A DNA stretch of 24,000 nucleotides from Clostridiaceae bacterium (lineage in GTDB: Bacteria; Bacillota; Clostridia; Lachnospirales; Lachnospiraceae): positions 58,015 to 82,014 of the forward strand of contig JAGZXV010000001.1 of NCBI GenBank assembly GCA_018378255.1, in the 5' to 3' direction. Positions 1 through 8,379 of the stretch are shown in pieces. Both the position numbers and the translations under genes were made by a program. Each line of letters starts with the position of its first letter. Positions within the stretch are counted from its first letter, which is position 1. The notes below the pieces were generated by a model, which did no database searches, was not told where the DNA came from, and saw nothing but the letters and a program-made list of their open reading frames with translations.

Positions 1-8
1 GAAGAATC

Positions 9-1463
9 ATGGTAACGAATGACGCAACAATTTTGAAACTGAAGCATGAGGTGCTGTTTGAAGTGGCAAAGATGGCCTGGGAGGGCGAGCTGGAGCAGCA
101 CAGGGACGAGATTCCATATAAGATGATTCCGGGGCCACAGGCTCAGTTCCGCTGCTGCATCTATAAAGAGCGTGAAATTATCCGCCAAAGGGTACGCCTT
201 GCGGAAGGAAAATGTCCAACTAGCGGAAAAGACACCATCAATGTGGTACAGGTAATCAGTTCCGCCTGCGAGGGCTGTCCGATTTCCCGTTACGTTGTAA
301 CCGATAACTGCCAGAAGTGTATGGGAAAAGCATGTCAGAACTCCTGTCATTTCGGCGCTATCTCCATGGGACGGGATCGTGCCTATATCGACCCTGATAA
401 GTGTAAAGAATGCGGAAAATGTTCCCAGGCATGTCCGTATAACGCCATTGCAGACCTGATGAGGCCTTGTAAGAAGAGCTGCCCTGTGGATGCGATCACC
501 ATGGATGAAAACGGCATCGTTGTAATTGACGAGAGCAAATGTATCCAGTGCGGCGCCTGCGTTCACAGCTGTCCGTTCGGAGCCATTGGTTCCAAAACAT
601 TTATGGTGGACGTGATCAATCTGATCCGGGCAGGAAAGAAAGTGGTTGCCATGGTGGCGCCTGCTACGGAAGGCCAGTTTGGGCCTGATATTACCATGGC
701 GAGCTGGAAAACCGCTCTTAAAAAAGTGGGATTTGCCGATATGGTGGAAGTTGCATTAGGCGGTGATATGACTGCTGCTGCGGAAGCGGCCGAATGGGCG
801 GAAGCATATAAAGAAGGCAAGAAGATGACCACATCCTGCTGCCCTGCATTTGTTAATATGATCAAACAGCATTTCCCAATGCTTTTGGACAACATGTCAA
901 CCACAGTATCCCCTATGTGCGGGGTGTCCAGAATGCTGAAAGCCCAGGATCCGGAAGTGATCACCGTATTCATCGGGCCGTGTATGGCAAAGAAGAGCGA
1001 AACCCTTGATTTAAATATCCAGGGTAACGCGGATTATGCCATGACATTTGGCGAAATCCGCGCTATGATGAGGGCTAAAGGGGTTGAACTGGAACCGGAA
1101 GCCAATACATACCAGGAAGGTTCCGTTTTCGGCAAGAGATTCGGCAACTCCGGCGGTGTTACCGCTGCAGTAGTGGAATGCTTCAAGGAGATGAACGAGG
1201 ACATCACACCGGAAGTTATGAAATGCAACGGCGCTGCCGAATGCAAGAAGGCGCTTATGATGCTGAAGGTTGGCAAACTTCCCGCTGATTTTGTGGAAGG
1301 TATGGCCTGTGTGGGCGGCTGTGTAGGCGGCCCGAGCAAACACAAGACAGAAGTGGAAGCCAAGAAGGCGAGAGACCAGCTGATCGGCGCTGCGGATGAC
1401 CGTCTGGTACATCAGAATCTGGACAATTATGAGATGGATAAGTTTTCTATGCATAGACATTAA
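9..1463 (+). CDS. [FeFe]-hydrogenase catalytic subunit with N-terminal ferredoxin-type Fe-S domains (short monomeric, group B-like)
   Basis: 484-aa ORF. Two classical CxxCxxCxxxCP motifs (CKECGKCSQACP, CIQCGACVHSCP) plus further Cys clusters. H-cluster signatures TSCCP (nt 831-845), GPCMAKK (975-995) and MACVGGCVGGP (1302-1334). No in-frame stop between nt 3 and the ATG at 9, so the true N-terminus could lie left of the window. Confidence 0.85.
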   Translation: MVTNDATILKLKHEVLFEVAKMAWEGELEQHRDEIPYKMIPGPQAQFRCCIYKEREIIRQRVRLAEGKCPTSGKDTINVVQVISSACEGCPISRYVVTDNCQKCMGKACQNSCHFGAISMGRDRAYIDPDKCKECGKCSQACPYNAIADLMRPCKKSCPVDAITMDENGIVVIDESKCIQCGACVHSCPFGAIGSKTFMVDVINLIRAGKKVVAMVAPATEGQFGPDITMASWKTALKKVGFADMVEVALGGDMTAAAEAAEWAEAYKEGKKMTTSCCPAFVNMIKQHFPMLLDNMSTTVSPMCGVSRMLKAQDPEVITVFIGPCMAKKSETLDLNIQGNADYAMTFGEIRAMMRAKGVELEPEANTYQEGSVFGKRFGNSGGVTAAVVECFKEMNEDITPEVMKCNGAAECKKALMMLKVGKLPADFVEGMACVGGCVGGPSKHKTEVEAKKARDQLIGAADDRLVHQNLDNYEMDKFSMHRH

Positions 1464-1483
1464 TCTGTTGTTTTTCTATGCTG

Positions 1484-1520
1484 GGGCTCCGGGAGTTGAT
1501 TCTCCCGGAGCCCATTTGCT
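1484..1520 (+). terminator. Intrinsic terminator after the hydrogenase gene
   Basis: 12-bp GC-rich stem GGGCTCCGGGAG (1484-1495) / CTCCCGGAGCCC (1502-1513) with a 6-nt loop, followed by ATTTGCT (weak T tract). Confidence 0.55.
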
Positions 1521-1610
1521 ATCATAGGATAGGCAGTTATGTTATAATCTGTATAAACGGGGGATGAGAAAACCGCCGGGAGACAAAAACAGTGAAAAGG
1601 AGCGTATAAC

Positions 1611-1991
1611 ATGAGCATGATGGAAATTGAAACAGATACGATATATATCGGATATAAAAGCCTTACTGTATTAAGGAAACTATTGAGCGAGGAGCTGGAG
1701 CGGGAAGGGAAAGAAGCGTTCCTGGGCAGTTATTACACTAAAATCGGTTTTTATACCAAGACGTGGAGATACGCTGAAATAAGATATCTTTTAGCCTTTT
1801 TGGAATATTTAAATCCCCTGTTCCAATATGCAGGGGACATAAATATAGGCAAACCGATTGTAACCGATGAAGACGCATTTGAAAAGATAATGAATGGGGA
1901 TAGTGAGTTATTGGATAAAATCAGAAAGAGCACTCCTTCCGCATTTTTGAAGTATGGGCTGCTGACGGGGAATCCTGAGCTGGCCGGCTGA
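1611..1991 (+). CDS. Hypothetical protein (126 aa), no family recognised
   Basis: ORF with AGGAG 8 nt upstream of the ATG at 1611. Convergent with the DeoR gene, 18 nt apart. No recognisable motif. Confidence 0.5.
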   Translation: MSMMEIETDTIYIGYKSLTVLRKLLSEELEREGKEAFLGSYYTKIGFYTKTWRYAEIRYLLAFLEYLNPLFQYAGDINIGKPIVTDEDAFEKIMNGDSELLDKIRKSTPSAFLKYGLLTGNPELAG

Positions 1992-2009
1992 GAATCCCCC
2001 TGATCCCCT

Positions 2010-2792
2010 TTATATCTGTTCGGAAGTGACACCCAGATGGATTCCGTATTTTTTGAACGCATCCAGATAATCCACAGAAGGCGTCACATCCGTCAGTATA
2101 TAATTAAAATCCTGCAGCTGCCCGAAGGTGCAGAGAGAGGTTTGATTAAACTTGGTATGATCTGCTAAAAGATAAGCTTCCCCGCTGCTTTTCAGAACCT
2201 CTTTTTTAACCTCATACTCTTCATGAGTGGCATTGGAAACTCCGTTGGTTAAAGAAATGCAGGTACAGGCCATAAAAGATTTCCTGATATTGAATTTTTT
2301 CAGAGATTCAATGCAGCTGGAACCGACTAAGGATGCGGTTTTATGATTTAAAACTCCGGGGAGTACAATCAGGCGCAGCATTGGGTAAGACAGCGCCTTG
2401 TGGGCTACTTCAATGCTGTTGGTTATGATGGTTACATTTTCCTTATCTTCGATGTAATCAATGATATTGATCGTGGTGGTTCCTGTATCGATGAAGATGG
2501 AATCACCGCTGGTGATATAGGACGCCGCAAGTCTGGATATCCTGTCTTTGATCTCGTGGTTTTTAATATTGCGTTCATTATAAGAAATGAGCCCTGCATA
2601 TTCTCCGCTTTTTTTCTCCACTGCGGTTACTCCGCCATAAACTTTCTCAATATTTCCCCGCTTTACCAGTTCGTTAATATCGCGTCTGATTGTATTCTTA
2701 GATATATTGAACTTCTCGCACAGGTCTTCTAAGGTGGCTGTTTTATTTTCTATAATATATTCTTCGATCTGGTCAATTCTTTGTACTCTCAT
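2010..2792 (-). CDS. DeoR/GlpR-family transcriptional regulator
   Basis: 260 aa. N-terminal winged-HTH region (TLEDLCEKFNISKNTIRRDINEL) and a C-terminal DeoR sugar-phosphate sensor domain (FIDTGTTT...). GGAGG sits 6 nt upstream of the ATG. Divergent from the catabolic genes. Confidence 0.9.
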   Translation of the reverse strand: MRVQRIDQIEEYIIENKTATLEDLCEKFNISKNTIRRDINELVKRGNIEKVYGGVTAVEKKSGEYAGLISYNERNIKNHEIKDRISRLAASYITSGDSIFIDTGTTTINIIDYIEDKENVTIITNSIEVAHKALSYPMLRLIVLPGVLNHKTASLVGSSCIESLKKFNIRKSFMACTCISLTNGVSNATHEEYEVKKEVLKSSGEAYLLADHTKFNQTSLCTFGQLQDFNYILTDVTPSVDYLDAFKKYGIHLGVTSEQI

Positions 2793-2905
2793 GAGCTTCC
2801 TCCAACTCTGACTAAAATATTATCTAAAGTATAGCATCTTTTTTATATAAACTGCAATAAATATTTAAAATACAATCAAAAATATATCATTTTTTATTTA
2901 TAATA

Positions 2906-2950
2906 TTGACATTGCATAATTATGTGTTAAGATATAATCATAAATTAACC
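2906..2950 (+). promoter_or_regulatory. Promoter region of the first Fe-ADH gene with a putative operator
   Basis: TTGACA at 2906-2911. Candidate -10 hexamers are TAAGAT (2928-2933, 16-nt spacer) or TATAAT (2933-2938). The motif ATATAATCAnnAATTAACC at 2932-2950 recurs at 4427-4445. Confidence 0.45.
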
Positions 2951-2994
2951 ATAATATAACCAAAAAGTAATTAATTAGAGGAGGTATCAGTGCT

Positions 2995-4158
2995 ATGGCT
3001 TGTCAGTTTATAATGCCGAAACAGGTATTTATGGGAGAAGGCGCGTTGGAAATGAGCCGGACGGCTCTTCGGAATCTGGGAAAAAAAGCGCTTATTGTCA
3101 CGGATCAGGTGATGGTTCAGCTTGGCAATGTGAAGAGGCTTACAGACATTCTGGATGAAATCAATGTAAACTATGCTTTGTATCAGGATATAAATGGTGA
3201 ACCAACAGACCGGATGATAGAGGGGGGATTAGCGGTATATCAAAAAGAAGGATGTGACTGTTTAATCGCAGTCGGCGGAGGAAGCCCCATTGATTCCATG
3301 AAGGCAATCGGAGCGGTTGCGGGCAGCGGAGGAAAGATTTCCGATTACATGGGACGGGAAATTAAAGGCCCTGTTCCGCCTATGGCAGCAGTTCCCACAA
3401 CGGCGGGAACCGGATCGGAGGCGACCCAGTTTACAATCATCACTGATACGGAAAAGGATATTAAGATGTTATTAAAAGGCGGCGTTCTGATGCCGGATAT
3501 GGCAATTGTGGATCCTGTTTTTACGATGACGGCTCCGCCCAAGATCACTGCGGCCACAGGTCTGGACGCCCTGACCCACGCCATAGAAGCGTATACTTCC
3601 AGGAAGGTCAATTCCCTTTCCGATTTATATGCGCTTTCCGCTGTTAAGAGGATATTTAAGAATTTGTCTGTCTGTTTCCACGACGGTAGGAACCAGAATG
3701 CCAGAGAAGAGATGTCACTGGCCGCATTCGAAGCAGGAGTGGCTTTTAACAATTCTTCCGTCACGGTAGTACATGGTATGTCCCGGCCAATCGGGGCTTT
3801 ATTCCACGTTGCCCACGGCATTTCCAACGCTATGCTGCTTAAAGCCTGTCTCAGCTATGTGATGGATGGGGCTTATGACAGGTTTGCAGAGCTTGGCAGG
3901 GCCTGCGGCGCGGCCCAAAGCGGTGATTCCGATCAGGAGGCAGCGGAAAAGTTCCTGACAGAGGTAGTGGCCCTTTGCAGAGAACTGGAGATACCGACGC
4001 TTTCCGGCTATGGAATTGATCAGACAGAATTTGTCCGTCTCATGGATAAAATGGCAGATGATGCTTTGGCTTCCGGAAGCCCCTCTAATACCAGAAAGGT
4101 CTTGGGAAAAGAGGATATCCTTAAGATCTATGCAGCTTTGTGGGAGGAAAATGCCTGA
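2995..4158 (+). CDS. Iron-containing (group III) alcohol dehydrogenase
   Basis: 387 aa. Typical Fe-ADH signatures (GGGSPIDSMKAI, TTAGTGSE, metal-binding His region HGMSRPIG...HG). GGAGG upstream. Confidence 0.9.
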   Translation: MACQFIMPKQVFMGEGALEMSRTALRNLGKKALIVTDQVMVQLGNVKRLTDILDEINVNYALYQDINGEPTDRMIEGGLAVYQKEGCDCLIAVGGGSPIDSMKAIGAVAGSGGKISDYMGREIKGPVPPMAAVPTTAGTGSEATQFTIITDTEKDIKMLLKGGVLMPDMAIVDPVFTMTAPPKITAATGLDALTHAIEAYTSRKVNSLSDLYALSAVKRIFKNLSVCFHDGRNQNAREEMSLAAFEAGVAFNNSSVTVVHGMSRPIGALFHVAHGISNAMLLKACLSYVMDGAYDRFAELGRACGAAQSGDSDQEAAEKFLTEVVALCRELEIPTLSGYGIDQTEFVRLMDKMADDALASGSPSNTRKVLGKEDILKIYAALWEENA

Positions 4159-4204
4159 GGCACCAGGGAAAGAAAACAGCAGCGGCTTTTTGTGAAATGA
4201 ATCA

Positions 4205-4250
4205 GCGGTAAAACAGGAATTGATTATATCCTGTTTTACCGCCTTTTTAT
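4205..4250 (+). terminator. Intrinsic terminator after the Fe-ADH gene
   Basis: 13-bp stem GCGGTAAAACAGG (4205-4217) / CCTGTTTTACCGC (4230-4242) followed by CTTTTTATTT. Confidence 0.7.
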
Positions 4251-4399
4251 TTAAGCGGAGAATAAATGGCTGTGGAGCCGCTATGCCCTCAGCGCCGGCT
4301 TTTGCGGCCATTATCTGCTGCCGTATTCCTGTGTCTGGCATTTTTGTACAAAAGAGTAGCAAAAAAACTATAAAAAAATAACAAAAATATAATAAGGTA

Positions 4400-4445
4400 T
4401 TGACAATTAACAATAATAGAACTAATATATAATCAAGAATTAACC
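4400..4445 (+). promoter_or_regulatory. Promoter region of the aldolase-permease-kinase operon with a putative operator
   Basis: TTGACA at 4400-4405, a 17-nt spacer, then TAATAT at 4423-4428 (alternative TATAAT at 4428-4433). Shared motif ATATAATCAAGAATTAACC at 4427-4445. Confidence 0.5.
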
Positions 4446-4496
4446 AAAAGATAATTCAAATATATCCAATAGGTAATCAAAAGTGAGGTGAAAGAT

Positions 4497-5345
4497 ATGC
4501 TGGTTACGATGAAAGAACTGCTGGAGGAGGCATCCCGGTCCGGTAAAGCAGTGGGCGGCTTCAATGTAGGTAATATGGAGATGGTTGCCGGAGCGGTACA
4601 GGCAGCGGAGAAGACAGAAACTCCGGTTATTCTTCAGATAGCAGAGAAGCGGCTGCAGGCGTCTCCCCTCAATCTCATGGCTCCCATGATGGTTCAGGCG
4701 GCGAAAGACGCTAAGGTGAAAGTTGCGGTCCATTTGGATCACGGGCTGACGTTTGAGGTGATAAAACAGGCGCTGGATTTTGGTTTTTCCTCAGTGATGT
4801 TCGATGGCTCAGAATATTCTTTAGAGGAGAATATCAGGAGAACAAAAGAAGTAAAAGAACTTGCAGCCCGGTATGGAGCGTCTCTTGAAGCGGAATTGGG
4901 AGCTGTAGGGGGGAATGAAGGAAACGGCGATAAGGCTGTCTCTTATACCAATCCCGACGATGCGGAGTTATTTTTCAACGCTGTAGGGATGGACGCCCTG
5001 GCGGTGGCTATAGGCAATGCCCATGGGCATTACACATCCGTTCCGCAGCTGAGGTTTGATGTGCTGGAAGAGATTCATCAGAGAATCCGGGTGCCATTGG
5101 TGCTTCATGGCGGAAGCGGGATTTCATTTGAAGAGTTCCGGAAAACCATAGGGCATGGAATCCGTAAGATCAATATCGCGACTGCCAGCTTTGATGCGAT
5201 GACAGAGGCGGACAGAGAGTATCTGGAAAAGAATCCGGATGGGAATTATTTTGGCTTGTCCTCGTCAGGAATCAGAGGGGTTTATGAAAATGTAATGAAA
5301 CACATTCATGTATTTAACAATGAAAAACCATTAAAGGAATTATAA
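4497..5345 (+). CDS. Class II ketose-bisphosphate aldolase, IolJ/FBA-like
   Basis: Strong resemblance to the class II aldolase family, e.g. B. subtilis IolJ (MKELLE..., HLDHG, SVMFDGS, VLHGGSG). The ORF track starts at GTG 4488. ATG 4497 is preferred because GAGGTG lies 6 nt upstream of it. Confidence 0.85.
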   Translation: MLVTMKELLEEASRSGKAVGGFNVGNMEMVAGAVQAAEKTETPVILQIAEKRLQASPLNLMAPMMVQAAKDAKVKVAVHLDHGLTFEVIKQALDFGFSSVMFDGSEYSLEENIRRTKEVKELAARYGASLEAELGAVGGNEGNGDKAVSYTNPDDAELFFNAVGMDALAVAIGNAHGHYTSVPQLRFDVLEEIHQRIRVPLVLHGGSGISFEEFRKTIGHGIRKINIATASFDAMTEADREYLEKNPDGNYFGLSSSGIRGVYENVMKHIHVFNNEKPLKEL

Positions 5346-5364
5346 AACCAGGAGGAAGAATGAT

Positions 5365-6678
5365 ATGATAGGGGTAATCGGAGTATTTCTTGGATTAGCG
5401 GTGCTTATGTATCTGACCTATAAAGGATGGCATATGGGTTTGGTAACAATCGCTGCGGCATTGGTCGTTATTGTTTGTAATGGCATGGGGATTTGGAATG
5501 GGCTTGCGGAAGCCTATGCTACGGCATTTAAAAACTTCGCGGGAACCTGGTTTTTAATGCTGATTTTAGGCGCTACATTTGGTAAAATTATGGAAGAATC
5601 AGGAGCGGCGGCCTCCATTTCTAATTTTATTGTGGGAAAACTGGGGAAGAAACGGATTGTGCTGATTGTTCTCATCACAACGGCGATTCTGGCATATGGC
5701 GGAATCAGCGTGTTTGTCATCATGTTTACCATGTATCCGTTTTGTATGGCACTGTTTAAAGAGGCCGATATTCCGAAAAAGCTGTTTCCGGCCATGTCAA
5801 TTTGTATGGCAGGAACAACATGTATGACATTTTTCCCGGGGTCTCCATCCGTACCGAACCTGGTGCCTACGGAATATCTGGGAACCACGATCTATGCGGC
5901 TCCGGTCATCGGCATCATCGGCGGATTGTTTGTTTTTGTTCTGGATTATCTGTTCCTGACACACTGCATTAAAAAATGTGCTGAAAAGGGAGAACATTTC
6001 GTTCCGGCAGCAGATGACGTAATTGTGGATATCAATGATAAAAAGATGCTGGCCGGGCTTCCTCCGGTTGGAAAGTCTTTTGCACCGATTCTCGTTTTGG
6101 TTGTGGCGGCTTTTGTATTGATGAAGATATTAAATCCTTCAAACTTTGCGGTAGTTACGGCGATGGCCCTTGCATGCCTGGTTGGAATCGTGCTGTTCCA
6201 TGATAAATTCAATGTTAAAAATGCAATTGCTTCCGGCATGGGCAATGGTTTCAACTCACTTATGGTGACTTCGGCAATCATGGGATTTGGCGGTGTTGTA
6301 ACGGCTTCGCCGGCATTTGAATCCTTTACAAACTGGATTTTAAGCCTGCAGATGAACCCGATTCTGTTCGCCTGCGTAGCGATTAACGTGATTTGTGCGA
6401 TTACAGGATCAGCCTCCGGCGGTATCACGATTTTCTGGAATACATTAGCGGATTACATGATTCAGACTGGGTTAAATGCACAGATTATGCACAGAATTAC
6501 TTGTATTGCATGCTCCGGCCTGGATGCCATGCCTCATTCTTCAGGAATTGTGCTGGCAAACAGCGTTGCCAAAACGGAGATGAAAGACAGCTATATCTAT
6601 ATGTTCGTTACCAATGCGGCGATTCCGTTATGCGGGCTCGTCCTGGCGATTATCCTTTACAGCCTGGGGCTGTGCTGA
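5365..6678 (+). CDS. GntP-family (gluconate:H+ symporter type) permease
   Basis: 437-aa polytopic membrane protein. The N-terminal pattern LGATFGKIMEESGAAASISNFIVGKLGKKR matches the GntP hallmark (LG..GK.....G.......L....G.K). RBS AGGAGG upstream. Confidence 0.75.
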   Translation: MIGVIGVFLGLAVLMYLTYKGWHMGLVTIAAALVVIVCNGMGIWNGLAEAYATAFKNFAGTWFLMLILGATFGKIMEESGAAASISNFIVGKLGKKRIVLIVLITTAILAYGGISVFVIMFTMYPFCMALFKEADIPKKLFPAMSICMAGTTCMTFFPGSPSVPNLVPTEYLGTTIYAAPVIGIIGGLFVFVLDYLFLTHCIKKCAEKGEHFVPAADDVIVDINDKKMLAGLPPVGKSFAPILVLVVAAFVLMKILNPSNFAVVTAMALACLVGIVLFHDKFNVKNAIASGMGNGFNSLMVTSAIMGFGGVVTASPAFESFTNWILSLQMNPILFACVAINVICAITGSASGGITIFWNTLADYMIQTGLNAQIMHRITCIACSGLDAMPHSSGIVLANSVAKTEMKDSYIYMFVTNAAIPLCGLVLAIILYSLGLC

Positions 6679-6752
6679 TGATAGAGCGGCGGCGTAGTGA
6701 CGGCGAAAAACCATTTGTTTTAGATAACAGTATATAAAATGGAGGGAAAGAA

Positions 6753-7787
6753 ATGTCAGATTTAATTAAAGATATCATTACATTTGATGAAACAAGAACT
6801 TATGATATGATCCTTTTGGGGCGTGTTGCAATTGATTTTAATCCGATAGATTATTTCAAAACTCTTGGCGAAAGCCAGAGCTTCAAAAAATACATAGGCG
6901 GATCGCCTGCCAATACAGCAGTGGGCCTGGCCCGGCTCGGTAAGAAATGCGGATTTTTCTCCCGGGTTTCGGACGACCAGTTCGGAGATTTTGCCATTGA
7001 CTATTTTAATAATGAAGGAATCGATACCTCCCACATTTTCCGGTGTGAACATGGGGAAAAGATCGGTTTAACATTTACCGAAATCCTCTCGCCTACGGAA
7101 AGCAGTATTTTAATGTACAGAAACCAGGCGGCGGATCTGTCCTTAGACCCTGTGGATATCGATGAAACCTATATCGCATCGGCAAAAATGCTGTTGATTT
7201 CTGGTACGGCCCTGGCGCAGAGCCCATCCAGGGAAGCCGCGTTAAAAGCGGCGGCTCTTGCAAAGAAGACCAATACTCCAATCGTATTTGACATTGATTA
7301 CCGGCCTTATAACTGGAAGAGCGAGGATGAAATTGCAATTTATTATTCATCTGTAGCCAAGGATGCGGATATTATTATGGGGTCCAGGGAGGAATATGAT
7401 CTGACGGAGAGATTTTTAGGTCTGGACGGTGCGGACCGGACTTCGGCTGATTACTGGACGCAGAAGCAGAATGCAAAAATTGTGGTGATTAAACATGGAA
7501 AAGAAGGTTCCACTGCGTATACACGTGATGGAAAGAGCTATTCAATTAAACCATTCCCGGTTAAAGCATTAAAATCCTTCGGCGGCGGGGACGGATATGC
7601 TGCAAGTTTCCTGTATGGCGTGCTGGAAGGCATGGATATTATGGATGCGCTTGAAATGGGCAGCGCTGAGGCGGCTATGCTGGTGGCCAGCCACGGATGC
7701 TCCGCTGATATGCCTGATGTGGCGCAGGTGAAGGAATTTATACGGAAAGAGAAAGAGGAGTATGGGGAGATGGTAGCCAGGGCGTAA
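6753..7787 (+). CDS. iolC: PfkB-family sugar-acid kinase, 5-dehydro-2-deoxygluconokinase (IolC)-like
   Basis: 344 aa. Extended colinear similarity to B. subtilis IolC as I remember it (KYIGGSPANTAVGLARLG, GLTFTEILSP.ESSILMYR, MLLISGTALAQSPSREA, DIDYRPYNW, AIYYS). The symbol rests on family resemblance only. Confidence 0.8.
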   Translation: MSDLIKDIITFDETRTYDMILLGRVAIDFNPIDYFKTLGESQSFKKYIGGSPANTAVGLARLGKKCGFFSRVSDDQFGDFAIDYFNNEGIDTSHIFRCEHGEKIGLTFTEILSPTESSILMYRNQAADLSLDPVDIDETYIASAKMLLISGTALAQSPSREAALKAAALAKKTNTPIVFDIDYRPYNWKSEDEIAIYYSSVAKDADIIMGSREEYDLTERFLGLDGADRTSADYWTQKQNAKIVVIKHGKEGSTAYTRDGKSYSIKPFPVKALKSFGGGDGYAASFLYGVLEGMDIMDALEMGSAEAAMLVASHGCSADMPDVAQVKEFIRKEKEEYGEMVARA

Positions 7788-7810
7788 TTTCTTTTTTTTT
7801 TTACATGAAG

Positions 7811-7840
7811 CGTGAAGGCATTTTTGAAAATGCCTTCACG
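7811..7840. repeat. Hairpin core of dispersed ~64-nt repeat, copy A (probable operon terminator)
   Basis: CGTGAAGGCATTTT (7811-7824) / AAAATGCCTTCACG (7827-7840), followed by TTTTACTTT. Lies 24 nt after the kinase stop. Confidence 0.7.
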
Positions 7841-7868
7841 TTTTACTTTAAAAGCCCAGGTCATTAGC

Positions 7869-7912
7869 AGTAAAAGGTGAAGGCATTTCGCGAAATGCCT
7901 TCACCTTTTACT
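7869..7912. repeat. Hairpin repeat copy B, a perfect 44-nt palindrome
   Basis: AGTAAAAGGTGAAGGCATTTCG / CGAAATGCCTTCACCTTTTACT. All 22 pairs were checked base by base. It shares the GTGAAGGCATTT...AAATGCCTTCAC core and the TTTTACTTTAAAA tail with copy A. Confidence 0.8.
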
Positions 7913-7995
7913 TTAAAAAAATATTTCCCTCCGGTATAGATCCCCTCTTCCGCGTCAATAATCTCACTAACAGAAACAAATAGGAGATGATTAAT

Positions 7996-8379
7996 ATGGA
8001 AAATACCATTTACAGAGGCGACATCTATTACGCAGACTTATCCCCAACCGTAGGTTCCGAACAGGGCGGCGTCCGTCCGGTTCTTATTATACAAAATGAC
8101 ATGGGAAACCGCCACAGCCCCACAGTGATCGTAGCGGCATTAACAAGCAAGAGCACCAAAGCCAAACTCCCCACACACGTAACCCTCCCCAAGATGGCCA
8201 GCGGCCTGCCCTGCGATTCCACCGTTCTCATGGAACAGGTTAGGACGATTGACCAAAAAAGACTTCACGGCTACATAGGACATCTGAACGATCTGTGGAT
8301 GACCCGGATGGACAGGGCTCTTTGCATCAGCATGGGAATTTTGGGGACTGACGCACAGCAGGAGCGGCGCAGGGCCTGA
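7996..8379 (+). CDS. mazF: MazF/EndoA (PemK family) type II toxin endoribonuclease
   Basis: Near-colinear match to B. subtilis EndoA/MazF (GD.Y.ADLSP.VGSEQGGVRPVL.IQND.GNR.SPT.IVAA.T...KAKLPTHV...EQ.RTID..RL). ATG 7996 is preferred over 7987 because AGGAG (7982-7986) abuts 7987 but is 9 nt from 7996. Confidence 0.9.
   Translation: MENTIYRGDIYYADLSPTVGSEQGGVRPVLIIQNDMGNRHSPTVIVAALTSKSTKAKLPTHVTLPKMASGLPCDSTVLMEQVRTIDQKRLHGYIGHLNDLWMTRMDRALCISMGILGTDAQQERRRA

Noticed and set aside
563-1460. Minus-strand ORFs (563..973, 1011..1460, 1034..1363) inside the hydrogenase gene, and similar antisense or alternative-frame ORFs inside every other confident gene in the track.
   Set aside because: They fully overlap strongly supported genes on the other strand or frame. 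They lack RBSs and have low-complexity or implausible composition, as expected for shadow ORFs in moderately GC-rich coding DNA.
7792-7802. T11 homopolymer directly after the kinase stop codon, considered as a slippage or phase-variation tract.
   Set aside because: It is intergenic and affects no reading frame or promoter spacer that I can identify. It is probably just part of the repeat-insertion context.
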